Shown here in pieces: positions 1 to 8,465 of a stretch of DNA of 15,917 nt (positions are counted from its first letter, which is position 1; each line of letters begins with the position of its first letter). Source of the DNA: Octopus sinensis. Its lineage: Eukaryota. Location: assembly GCF_006345805.1 (NCBI RefSeq), contig NW_021825311.1, positions 1-15,917 on the forward strand, in the 5' to 3' direction. The translations under genes and the position numbers were made by a program. The notes beneath the pieces were generated by a model. That model was not told where the DNA came from, did no database searches, and worked only from the letters and a program-made list of their open reading frames with translations.

Positions 1-68
1 GGGTCGATCTAATCGACTGCCCCCCCTCCTCCAAAATTTCGGGCCTTGTGCCTAGATTAGAAAAGAAT
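1..68 (+). mobile_element. SINE family A, 3' end only (cut by window edge)
   Basis: GGGTCGATCTAATCGACT...CCAAAATTTCGGGCCTTGTGCCTAG..AGAAAAGAAT matches the reverse complement of the 3' ends of the copies at 2087 and 5131. Confidence 0.8.
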
Positions 69-94
69 AAATTTTAATATTATTTGAAGAAAAT

Positions 95-306
95 GCGGCG
101 TTCAGGCAGAATCATTAGCACGACGGACAAAATGCTTAACCGCATTTCGTCCGCATTTTCGTTCTGAGTTCAAATCCCGCCGGGGTCGACTTTGTCTTTC
201 ATCATTTTGGGGTCGATAAAATGAGTAACAGTTGGACACTGGGGGCGCTTTAATTGGTTTAACCGCTACTCCCAAATTGCTAACCTTGAGCCAAAATTTG
301 AAGCCA
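95..306 (+). mobile_element. tRNA-derived SINE family A, diverged full-length copy
   Basis: Head GCGGCG..GGCAGAATCATTAGC, B-box GAGTTCAAATCCC, body GGTCGACTTTGTCTTTCATCATTTTGGGGTCGATAAAATGAGTA; 3' end CCAAAATTTGAAGCC is the variant also seen at 12089. Confidence 0.85.
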
Positions 307-417
307 ATACTATTTCAAGGAAAGAATTGTCTCCCTTGCAGTTTTTGATAAGAATTAATCATTTAATGGGCTTTTTCTTTCTTGTTACTGCGGGTGTAAT
401 TATAATTTTTAAAAAAT

Positions 418-855
418 CTTTCGTTTGTTTCGGTCATTGGACAGCAGCCCCACCTTGAAGGGTCTTAGTCGAACAAATCAACTCCAGCACATATTTTTTT
501 AGTTTGGTTTTTATTCTATCGGTTTTGTTTTCCCAAACCGCTAAGTAGCGGGGACATAACCAAACCAACTCCGGTTGTCAAGCGGTGGTGGACGCCGAAC
601 AAAAACACAAACAGGCACATGCCCCACACCTCCACCCACACGCACTTATATACACATACACACACACACATACACGTACACACACGCTGACACAACCACA
701 CATACATACGACAAGTTTCCGCACAGTTTCCATCATCCAAATTCACTCACAAGGCACTACTTTGCTCGGGTTAAGAAGAAAAGATACTTAACCTAGAACT
801 GAACTCAAAACCGCGTGGTTGAGAAGCAAGCTTCTGAACCGCACAACCTTGCTTG
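418..855 (-). mobile_element. tRNA-derived SINE family B, diverged copy with internal CA-rich tract
   Basis: Colinear with 5704-6103 (TTATTCTATCGG, CCGCTAAG, CGGTTGTCAAGCG, CACTCACAAGG, AAGCAAGCT); more substitutions and a deletion near the head. Confidence 0.8.
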
Positions 856-1149
856 CACTTTTTTATGGCTTACCACATCATATCAGCACCCATTAAATTA
901 AGGGCAATAAACTATTGGCTAGAAGTGAGTCATGTTCGGGATTTCAATAACTAGTCATAAGTCGTGAGTTGAAGTTTTGTTCTGGTGTTTTATAATATTT
1001 CTGGACGAAGCACTCTGTTCTATATTGTCCTAGTTTATTTAGATTTTAAAAACCGGAATCAGATTAATGTCATAACTATTCACCGTAGACCAACGATCAA
1101 AACACATTCTCCAATCTAAAATTATACTGTAAGGAGTGTGGTATCATTT

Positions 1150-1233
1150 AGGAAGCTTTTATGTGGCCGCTCGATTTACTAGATATAGCAGCCAGATATC
1201 CTATAAATCATGCCCTACTTTTTAAAGAAAAAT

Positions 1234-1278
<45 letters not shown>

Positions 1279-1280
1279 GG

Positions 1281-1320
<40 letters not shown>

Positions 1321-1430
1321 CGAAGCATATAGGAATGTAATCCTAGACATATCCCCATCTCGTCACTAAAAGTCGGAATGTTCAGGGCTGGAATGGCTCG
1401 ATCAAGGTTGATCTGGAGCTTCAAAACGCA
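1150..1430 (+). mobile_element. Putative interspersed repeat (SINE-like) split by a (GA)n expansion and ending in a (CAA)n tail
   Basis: GTGGCCGCTCGATTTACTAGATATAGCAGCCAGAT and GGCTGGAATGGCTCGATCAAGGTTGATCTGGAGCT resemble a recalled abundant octopus repeat; single copy in window, so not internally confirmed. Confidence 0.45.
1237..1318 (+). repeat. (GA)n microsatellite, interrupted
   Basis: Direct inspection. Confidence 0.97.
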
Positions 1431-1517
1431 ACAACAACAACAACAACAACAATGGCAGCAAAACCATGTCAAAACTACAACAGCAGTAGCAGCAACAGCA
1501 GCAGCAGCATCAGCAGC

Positions 1518-1567
<50 letters not shown>
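1428..1567 (+). repeat. Compound (CAA)n/(CAG)n microsatellite
   Basis: Direct inspection. Confidence 0.95.
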
Positions 1568-1710
1568 GATAATTTGTTTCGGCTTTAACCGAATCTATCT
1601 TCCAGCGCCCTCTCACGGTTCAAAGTAGTAATGATCCCTAACACAAGTGCAAGGTAACAATTTCCGCTACATTTTGTTTGCATATGTGTCTGAAAGATTA
1701 AAGCGCTTAA

Positions 1711-1800
1711 ACTGGTACCAATTCATTACTGGTATTTAGTTTACCGACCAATGACTTGAAGAGAGGCAAAATCGAACATAGTGGCTTTTGAATTCAGGAA
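1711..1800 (-). mobile_element. Highly degenerate SINE family A fragment
   Basis: ACTGGTATTTAGTTTACCGACC...GGCAAAATCGA...TTTGAATTCAG aligns loosely to family A minus-strand copies. Confidence 0.45.
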
Positions 1801-2086
1801 CCAAAGGTAGATACATAGTGGCTTTTGAATTAAGGTTTTGCCGATAACTGGTACTAACAGTTTTTGTCAACCAGACTGAACTCAGCGAGAACTGCCATGG
1901 TTAAACAATCAACAATTCTTTGTATAACGACCCCACGTTATATGTTGCAGATGATAGCTACAAGAAACACTGCTACAGTTAGCATAAATTCACCAGTGAA
2001 ACTGATATGAGATTCATGTTAGAAAAATGTGAAAAGCAATTTTACGAACACTTATGTCATTTTACATAAAGAAGCAGAGACAAAAA

Positions 2087-2286
2087 TATTCTTTTCTACT
2101 CTAGGCACAAGGTCCGAAACTTTTGGGGAGGGGCCAGTCGATTAGATCGGCCCCAGTACGCAGCTGGTACTTAATTTATCGACCCTGAAAGGATGTAAGC
2201 AAAGTCGATCTCGGCGGAATTTGAACTCAGAACGTAAAGACAGACGAAATACCGCTAAGTATTTCACCCAATGTGCTAACGTTTCT
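2087..2286 (-). mobile_element. SINE family A (tail type GTAGAAAAGAATA), lacking first ~13 nt of head
   Basis: Near-identical body to 2287-2492 and 5131-5340; B-box (plus strand GGAATTTGAACTC). Confidence 0.92.
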
Positions 2287-2492
2287 TATTTCTTTATTGC
2301 CCACAAGGGCAAACAAAGGGATTAAGTCGATTACATCGACCCCAGTGCGTAATTGGTACTTAATTTATCGACGCCGAAAGGATGAAAGGCAAAGTCGACC
2401 TCGGCGGAATTTGAACTCAGAACGTAACGATAGACGAAATACGGCTACGCATTTCGCCTGGCGTGCTAACGTTTCTGCCAGCTCGCCGCCTT
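2287..2492 (-). mobile_element. SINE family A (tail type CAATAAAGAAATA), full length
   Basis: Minus-strand head GGCGGCGAGCTGGCAGAAACGTTAGC, B-box GAGTTCAAATTCC; joined head-to-tail to 2087-2286. Confidence 0.93.
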
Positions 2493-3104
2493 AGAAACAA
2501 AAATATTGGACCAAACATGGATTTTAAATACTTTTAAGAATAAAGGAATTAGATACAATATAAAACGCATACATGAAAGAAAATGTAAGTTTAGACTGAA
2601 AACAAAGTTAAATGCATAAAATAAAGTATTAATTATCCATACTCTATCTGTCAGCAGTAATAAGTTAAAGGGATATTATTCTCAATTGGGCGATAAATAA
2701 ATTAGCAAAACTAGACAAAAAAAAAACAAGAAAAAGAGAAAAATAATGACTGTTTTAAAATACACCACCCAAAATCTGACATATTTACCACAAATACAAA
2801 TAGGTAAGGCCTTAATGTGATTAGAAAACTGTTATCAAATATCCACTGTTGGACTATAAAAATATCTTGTAAACACGTAAATAAGAATAGAAAAGTAACG
2901 TCTAGAAAACACTAACATAAAAATATTTTCTGTCTTTAAGGAAGCCAACAAATGTAAAACAGATGCTAAGTGAAACAACTAATCAAAGTTAAAACTGTGA
3001 CTAGAGAATGTCGTACTAAAGCCATGGTATTCCACCCACAACAGCATGACCAATATTTATGAAAAAATAAATGAGTAGTGTGGAAACATATAGAAAACAT
3101 ATAT

Positions 3105-3591
3105 TTGTTGTGCAAGATTTTTTATGTGAAATCGTGTGTTGAAACAGATATTGTTGTATTTCGGAATGGTCATTTTGCCAGTTTAGTCAATGAAAACACA
3201 CGCACTATATATTTGGTGTTACTTTGCTTCAGCGTTATTTATTTTTTACATTAAACTTAATCTTATTTCGGCCAGAGTTCTTTCGTCACACACACACACG
3301 AACTAAACTAAACATAGACACACATAGAGATATACGCATGCGCAAAGAAGACACATACAATAGAAATACAAAATGGCTGACGGTTAGTAAGGAGAGACAC
3401 ACAAATAAGAAAGAAGAAAGCAAAGGACCACTGATGCGGTCACAGGAGTGTGACGGAAGAACTCTGGCCGAAATAAGATTAAGTTTAATGTAAAAAATAA
3501 ATAACGCCGAAGCAAAGTAACAACAAATATATAGTGCGTGTGTTTTTATTGGCTAAACTGGCAAAATTACCATTCCTAGATACAACAATAT
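3105..3591. mobile_element. Non-autonomous foldback/MITE-like element with 144 bp inverted arms
   Basis: 3148-3291 is the reverse complement of 3448-3591 (8 mismatches by manual count), 156 bp spacer; flanked by ATATAGAAAACATATAT at 3088-3104 and 3588-3604; related sequence at 6793-6917. Confidence 0.85.
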
Positions 3592-3724
3592 AGAAAACAT
3601 ATATAGAAAATAATTGCGACCTTGGTTGAGAGGCGCAGGCCCCACAACAGAAACTGCAAATATCTTGACTGTAGCACTGAATCATTATTTTACCACAAGA
3701 AGTTATCATAAGCGTGTAATGGAG

Positions 3725-4020
3725 TAGAAAGAAAAACAGCTATGAGAAAATGATCGAAATATAAAGATCTAGAAATAGGAATGAACAGAATATGGAAACT
3801 GAAAATAGAAGCAATTCCTATAATAATGCATAGCTTTGGAATAATTAGAAACCACGTAAACAAAACACAAAATTACAAATATGAACAACATACAGAGAAT
3901 GGTATGTCTGAGCATTGCATTTGTATTAAAAGAATACAAAACTAACACAAGACACCCGAGTTCCCCAACACGCGCGGATCTGTTCTCAGTAAGGCAGTGA
4001 AAGTGCAGAAAAATATAACT
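3725..4020 (+). pseudogene. R4/Dong-like non-LTR retrotransposon 3' remnant, copy 1 (RLE C-terminus plus 3' UTR)
   Basis: From 3754: SKYKDLEIGMNRIWKLKIEAIPIIMHSFGII, then after a frameshift TNMNNIQRMVCLSIAFVLK; fits the KYxDL..W..IPxxxGxLG..IQK..L.TA.ILRK pattern of RLE elements; 3' UTR (CAGTAAGGCAGTGAAAGTGCA) resembles 5520-5560. Confidence 0.75.
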
Positions 4021-4023
4021 TGA

Positions 4024-4402
4024 CACTCTGTCGGTTACGATGACAACGATTTCAGTTGATCCATTCAACAGAACAGCCTGCTCGAGAAATTAACGTTCAA
4101 GTGGCTGAGCACTCTACAGGAACGTGTGCCCTTAATGTAGTTCTCGGGGAGATTCAGCATGACGCAGAGTGTGACAAGGTTGGCCCTTTGAAATACAGGT
4201 ACAACAAAAACAGGAAGAAAGAGTGAGAGAAAATTGTGGTGGAAGAGTACAGCAAGGTTCGCCAACAGCCCCTGCTGGAGCCTCGTGGAGCTTTTAGGCG
4301 TTTTTGCTCAACAAACACTCACAACGCCCGTTCTGGGAATCGAAACTGCGATCCTATGACCGCGAGTCCGCTGCCCTAACCACTGGGCCATTGCGCCTCC
4401 AC
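4024..4402 (-). mobile_element. tRNA-derived SINE family C, full length, with TSD
   Basis: Minus-strand head GTGGAGGCGCAATGGCCCAGTGGTTAGGGCAGCGG (A-box) and AGTTTCGATTCCC (B-box); flanked by GCAGAAAAATATAACT (4005-4020) and GCAGAAAAATAAACT (4403-4417). Confidence 0.93.
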
Positions 4403-4417
4403 GCAGAAAAATAAACT

Positions 4418-5030
4418 CGGAGCATCTCAAGACAATAACATTACTTATTATTATTGGAGTACTTGGAACGATATCAAAAGGAGCAAACAAATATATCGAT
4501 CAAATTCCAGGCAGCCTCAAAACAAGTGAATTGCCAAAGATCATATTTATAAGCAGTGGCGGACTGGTCAGGTTGCCAGCTTACCCGATGGCAAGTGGAC
4601 CCCCTACACAATTAGAATCCACATATGGGGACTCATGTTAATATCTAGGTTCGAGAATTTTCTATTCACTCCTGGAAGAATGCATTAATTATTTCAGCCT
4701 GGCTGTGTTTGTAGACAGTTGAAAAGAATACTTTTAATAAAAAAAAAAAAAAGATAATAGCATTGTAGTTGAGGGTGGGCTCCTTAGTCTCCTAGCAACC
4801 AATACTTTTAGACCCAGTCCGCCACGCATACTTTGTGCAAATTCTTCTCCATGTCAATGCGATTGTAGTCATTCAGTGTTATTATAAATTTTATAAAGTT
4901 TTATTTTGCACATAACAGTTTTTTTTTAATTGCATGGCACCCCACCTGTTAGCAGCTTTAAATGCAAAATCGTGTTAACTCTTTGAGACTTGGGTGCTGC
5001 TAGTATAAATTAAATCAATCAATCAATAAT
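4418..5030 (+). pseudogene. R4/Dong-like 3' remnant, copy 2, interrupted by a MITE
   Basis: EHLKTITLLIIIGVLGTISKGANKYIDQIPGSLKTSELPKIIFIS (4420-4554) resumes after the MITE as HTLCKFFSM (from 4827); runs into (TAA)/(TAC) repeats near 5026. The 3' UTR extent is inferred. Confidence 0.75.
4554..4826. mobile_element. hAT-like MITE
   Basis: Left end CAGTGGCGGACTGG; right end CCAGTCCGCCAC (4814-4825), an exact 12 bp inverted match; subterminal GGTTGCCAG/CTAGCAACC; last TIR bases and 8 bp TSD not preserved. Confidence 0.75.
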
Positions 5031-5059
5031 AATAATGATTTATACTACTACAACTACAT

Positions 5060-5112
<53 letters not shown>

Positions 5113-5130
5113 ATAATAATAATAATAATA
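5026..5130 (+). repeat. Compound (TAA)/(TAC)n/(TAA)n microsatellite
   Basis: Direct inspection. Confidence 0.95.
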
Positions 5131-5340
5131 ATCTTTTCTACTGAAGGCACAAGGCCTTGAAATTTTGGTGGGAGGAGGCTAGTCAATTACATCGACCCCA
5201 GTGTTTCGCTGGTACTTGAAAGAATGAAAGGATGAAAGGCAAAGTCGACCTCGGCGGAATTTGAACTCAGAACGTAGAGACGGATGAAATACCGCAAACA
5301 TTTCACCCGGCTAGCTAACGATTCTGCCAGCTCGCCGCCC
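5131..5340 (-). mobile_element. SINE family A, full length with small internal deletion
   Basis: Head and B-box as in 2287-2492; microsatellite on both flanks. Confidence 0.92.
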
Positions 5341-5354
5341 TAATGATGATGATG

Positions 5355-5400
<46 letters not shown>

Positions 5401-5417
5401 CAACAACAACTATAACA
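5341..5417 (+). repeat. (TGA)/(TAA)n/(CAA) microsatellite
   Basis: Direct inspection. Confidence 0.95.
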
Positions 5418-5585
5418 ATACAGAAAATAGCACTACAAGGTATCGCACACATCCTACGTAAAACACCTTCAATACATTGAAAATAAGAGTGCCACAACAA
5501 ACCATAGCACATACCCAAGGCACACAGAGATGCACTCGGTAGTGCAGTGAAAGCACATGATTAAAATAAGACTACTGAACAATTA
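5418..5585 (+). pseudogene. R4/Dong-like 3' remnant, copy 3 (last 20 codons plus 3' UTR)
   Basis: 5418-5480 reads IQKIALQGIAHILRKTPSIH*, a typical RLE-element C-terminus; followed by ~100 nt UTR and TAC/TAA repeats. Confidence 0.78.
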
Positions 5586-5658
5586 ATACTACTACTACTA
5601 CTATAATAATGATGATGATAATAATAATGATAACAAAAACAACAACAACAACAACAAC

Positions 5659-5703
<45 letters not shown>
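5586..5703 (+). repeat. Compound (TAC)(TGA)(CAA)(TAA)n microsatellite
   Basis: Direct inspection. Confidence 0.95.
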
Positions 5704-5706
<3 letters not shown>

Positions 5707-6103
5707 CTTTTACTTGTTTCAGTCATTTGACTGCGGCCATGTTGGAGCACCGCCTTTAGTCGAGCAAATCGACCCCGGGACTTATTCTTTGTAAGCCCAG
5801 TACTTATTCTATCGGTCTCTTTTGCCGAACCGCTAAGTGACGGGGACGTAAACACACCAGCATCGGTTGTCAAGCAATGCTAGGGAGACAAACACAGACA
5901 CACAAACACACACACACATACATACAAATATATATATACATATATACGACAGGCTTCTTTCAGTTTCCGTCTACCAAATCCACTCACAAGGCTTTGGTCG
6001 CCTAACGCTATAGTAGAAGTCACTTGTCCAAGGGGCCACGCAGTGGGATTGAACCCGGAACCATGCGGTTGGTTAGCAAGCTACTTACCACACAGCCACT
6101 CCT
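5704..6103 (-). mobile_element. SINE family B, near full length, young
   Basis: Minus-strand A-box TGGCTGTGTGG and B-box GGTTCAATCCC; CCTTGGACAAGTGACTT CORE-like motif; highly similar to 11454-11863; (TAA)n on both sides. Confidence 0.94.
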
Positions 6104-6167
6104 AATAGTAATAATAATAATAATAATATAATAATAATAATGATGATTTATGATAATAATAATAATA
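6104..6167 (+). repeat. (TAA)n microsatellite, imperfect
   Basis: Direct inspection. Confidence 0.95.
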
Positions 6168-6750
6168 AAACATCGAAAGAGGCAATACGGTAGACAATTA
6201 CAGGCCGATATCCTGTTTGCCACTTATGTGGAAGTTATTGACTGGAATATTCGCAAAGTCGATGTACGAACATCTGGAAAAAAATGGAGTCCTGCCCCAT
6301 GAGCAGAAAGGTTGCAAGCGTAAGTGCAGAGGTACATATTATTGTAGCAAGGCGACGAGATATGACTGTAGGGGGAAAATCCAAGAAAAAACATTATCAG
6401 CATATAAACTTTGCGGTACCATAATGGCAATAGAGTGGATACGAAGGAAATAGAGAAAGCTGAGAAATATCTGAATCTAGCGTGAGAGATGAAGAGATTA
6501 TGGAAGACAAAGGCAATAATTGTCCCTATGGTAACTGGTGCACTTAGCACAACACCAAAACTTCTACCAAAGAAGCTGAAACACTTTGGAGTTGAGATTC
6601 GCAATCTCGACTTGCAGAAAGGTGCAATCCCGTATTCTGCAAGAATCTTAAGAAAGGTTCTTAAGATTTGATGAGTTTTGTTGTCACTTACTCTCAAGAC
6701 AATATCCCTGCTAATTAAAATAGCGTGTAATAACTTTATAATAATTAACA
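6168..6750 (+). pseudogene. R4/Dong-like retrotransposon remnant, copy 4: RT N-terminal fragment fused to RLE domain
   Basis: 6169-6336: [56 protein letters not shown] (early RT motifs); from ~6335 in other frames [19 protein letters not shown] and [58 protein letters not shown] (stop 6669-6671). Confidence 0.88.
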
Positions 6751-6792
6751 TGGCTGGATTTTGGAAGCGGAATCTTTCTATTACGTTTATGA

Positions 6793-6917
6793 ATGTGTTT
6801 TGCTAGATTCCTGATGTGAAGTCGTGTGTTGTAATAGATATTGTTGTATATCGGGATGGTCATTTATTTTCTTCTTTTGCAAAGAGAAAAAAAAATTACC
6901 ATCCTGAAATACAACAA
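6793..6917. mobile_element. Miniature relative of the 3105-3591 foldback element
   Basis: ATGTGAAGTCGTGTGTTGTAATAGATATTGTTGTATATCGGGATGGTCATTT matches 3124-3175; 6841-6917 folds into an imperfect ~37 bp stem. Confidence 0.7.
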
Positions 6918-7129
6918 AATCGTTCTATTTATGTCACTTTAATATTCGTGGTGAGCGTCATATCGATGACTTTGATATTGCGAAAAACAAGCGTTGGTTG
7001 GGGATGAACGAAAAAAGAAAGTTTTATATCAACTGTCTTATGTTTATGGTCGAATTAAAATTCTTTGGGAAGAGTGGAAACCAGAATGATTCGTTAGTTG
7101 AAGCTACTAATTTATTTAGGAAACAAATC

Positions 7130-8420
7130 CTCAAAAAACATAGGAATGGAATTTAGGTTTAAGTAGTGAGGCATTCTTATAATAAAAGAGAGAGAAGTTG
7201 GTATCGGAAGATGGGGTTGTGTTACCTGTTGGGGAAGTAATGATAGGCATTGAGGGAAATGGATATAAGTACGCAGGAATTTTAGAAATCGTTGAGATCA
7301 AAGAGATTGGAATGAAGGAACTATTTGGAAACACATTCCATAGAACTTTAAATTGGTTTTAAAGAGAAAGTTAAATGGAAGGCAGATGATATCGTTGATA
7401 AATACGTAGGCGATCAGAAACGATACATGAAGCAGAGGTATTTAAATGAGACAAGGAAAAACTTTAGAAGCAGGACGCAAAGGAACTGCAAATAATGACG
7501 ACTCATTGTATACTGCACCCGAAAAGTGACGCTCATAGACTTTTACTACTCAGGAAAGATAGAGGAAGAGGTTGGATAAGTTATAAGGACGGTAAGAAGC
7601 GAAGATGAGAATCAAAGATGGTTCATAGTTAATAGTTCAGAATCGTTGTTTGGTGTAAAATGTGGTAGAGACTGCAGACTGTACTGGTGCGGATGAATAT
7701 GAGAATTGAGGAAAAGGTGGAGTGAAAAAAATCACAATGTGTGCAGTTTGTCGGAGACGTGAGTAATATTTTGACGAGCAAGTGACGTGGAAATAAATAC
7801 GAAAATCAAACGCAAATGTTAGAAGTGAAGTGTTATTTTGTGCTACACAGGAAAAGGCACTCAGAACAAACTATGATAAAGATTTATTGATAGGTATGTC
7901 GAATCACATTTATATGGAGTTTGTGGTATAAAAGGAGCAAACAATTCGAGGCACAGTAACCGAAATCAGTTAAAGTTGCATTAACAGAAAAAAGAAAAAA
8001 AAACAGAAGTCACGACAATATAGTACGTATTCTTATTAGAAACTGTGTGAGGTGAAAGAGATAATGGATGGTACGAACATTAACCTAGTAGAGTTGAAGA
8101 AAACCAGGTAGTTAAGTGTGATTAGTTTATTGTGACAAGACCATACATTGTTAGGTCAACAAAAAGAATGACATCGCAAAATAATTGTTGTAGTTTTCCT
8201 AAGTGACAACAGAATGCGTGAAAATATATAAATAACGACTGAGAAATACTAAAATTTGTAAGAGTAAGTTGCAAAGGTGTTAAAAATGTCGAAATATTAA
8301 CAGTTGGGGTGAGTACAATTACAAAGAGAAAAATATTGGAATCGATATCGAATACTGTATTAATAAAAAACAATAAGAATTCTAAGGAAGTTGCTCGAAA
8401 ATTGAGTTGATGCAAGACAA
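7130..8420 (-). pseudogene. Ancient, heavily decayed APE-RT LINE remnant (CR1/L2/Jockey-like)
   Basis: Minus-strand SSFIPISLISTISKI resembles the RT motif NYRPISLxSxxSK; weaker CSSFASCF (cf. CAPVLAPCL) and LG*CSYHPLSL (cf. LGxSDH endonuclease end) occur in the expected order. Boundaries approximate. Confidence 0.45.
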
Positions 8421-8465
8421 CACAAGAGATGCCTGGTCGTTGTTATGGCCTGCTTCTTGGATTAT

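Noticed and set aside
1378-1572. PolyQ/polyA/polyT ORF and its antisense polyV ORF (1233-1616)
   Set aside because: Composed of GA and CAA/CAG microsatellite; no splice or homology support.
1900-2070. TTGCAG acceptor-like site followed by short open frames
   Set aside because: All frames close quickly, with no convincing donor or recognisable peptide.
3690-3810. Possible minus-strand exon after a TTTTCAG acceptor near 3799
   Set aside because: The region is better explained as plus-strand RLE coding sequence (SKYKDLEI..); its A-richness creates spurious antisense polypyrimidine acceptors.
4330-4402. tRNA-like sequences at SINE heads (also 2420-2492, 11790-11863, 15575-15645)
   Set aside because: A and B boxes are present but there is no complete cloverleaf or acceptor stem, and each continues into a repeated SINE body; not tRNA genes.
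6224-6751. Longest ORF (175 aa, minus strand)
   Set aside because: Antisense shadow of the RLE retrotransposon remnant, whose motifs are on the plus strand.
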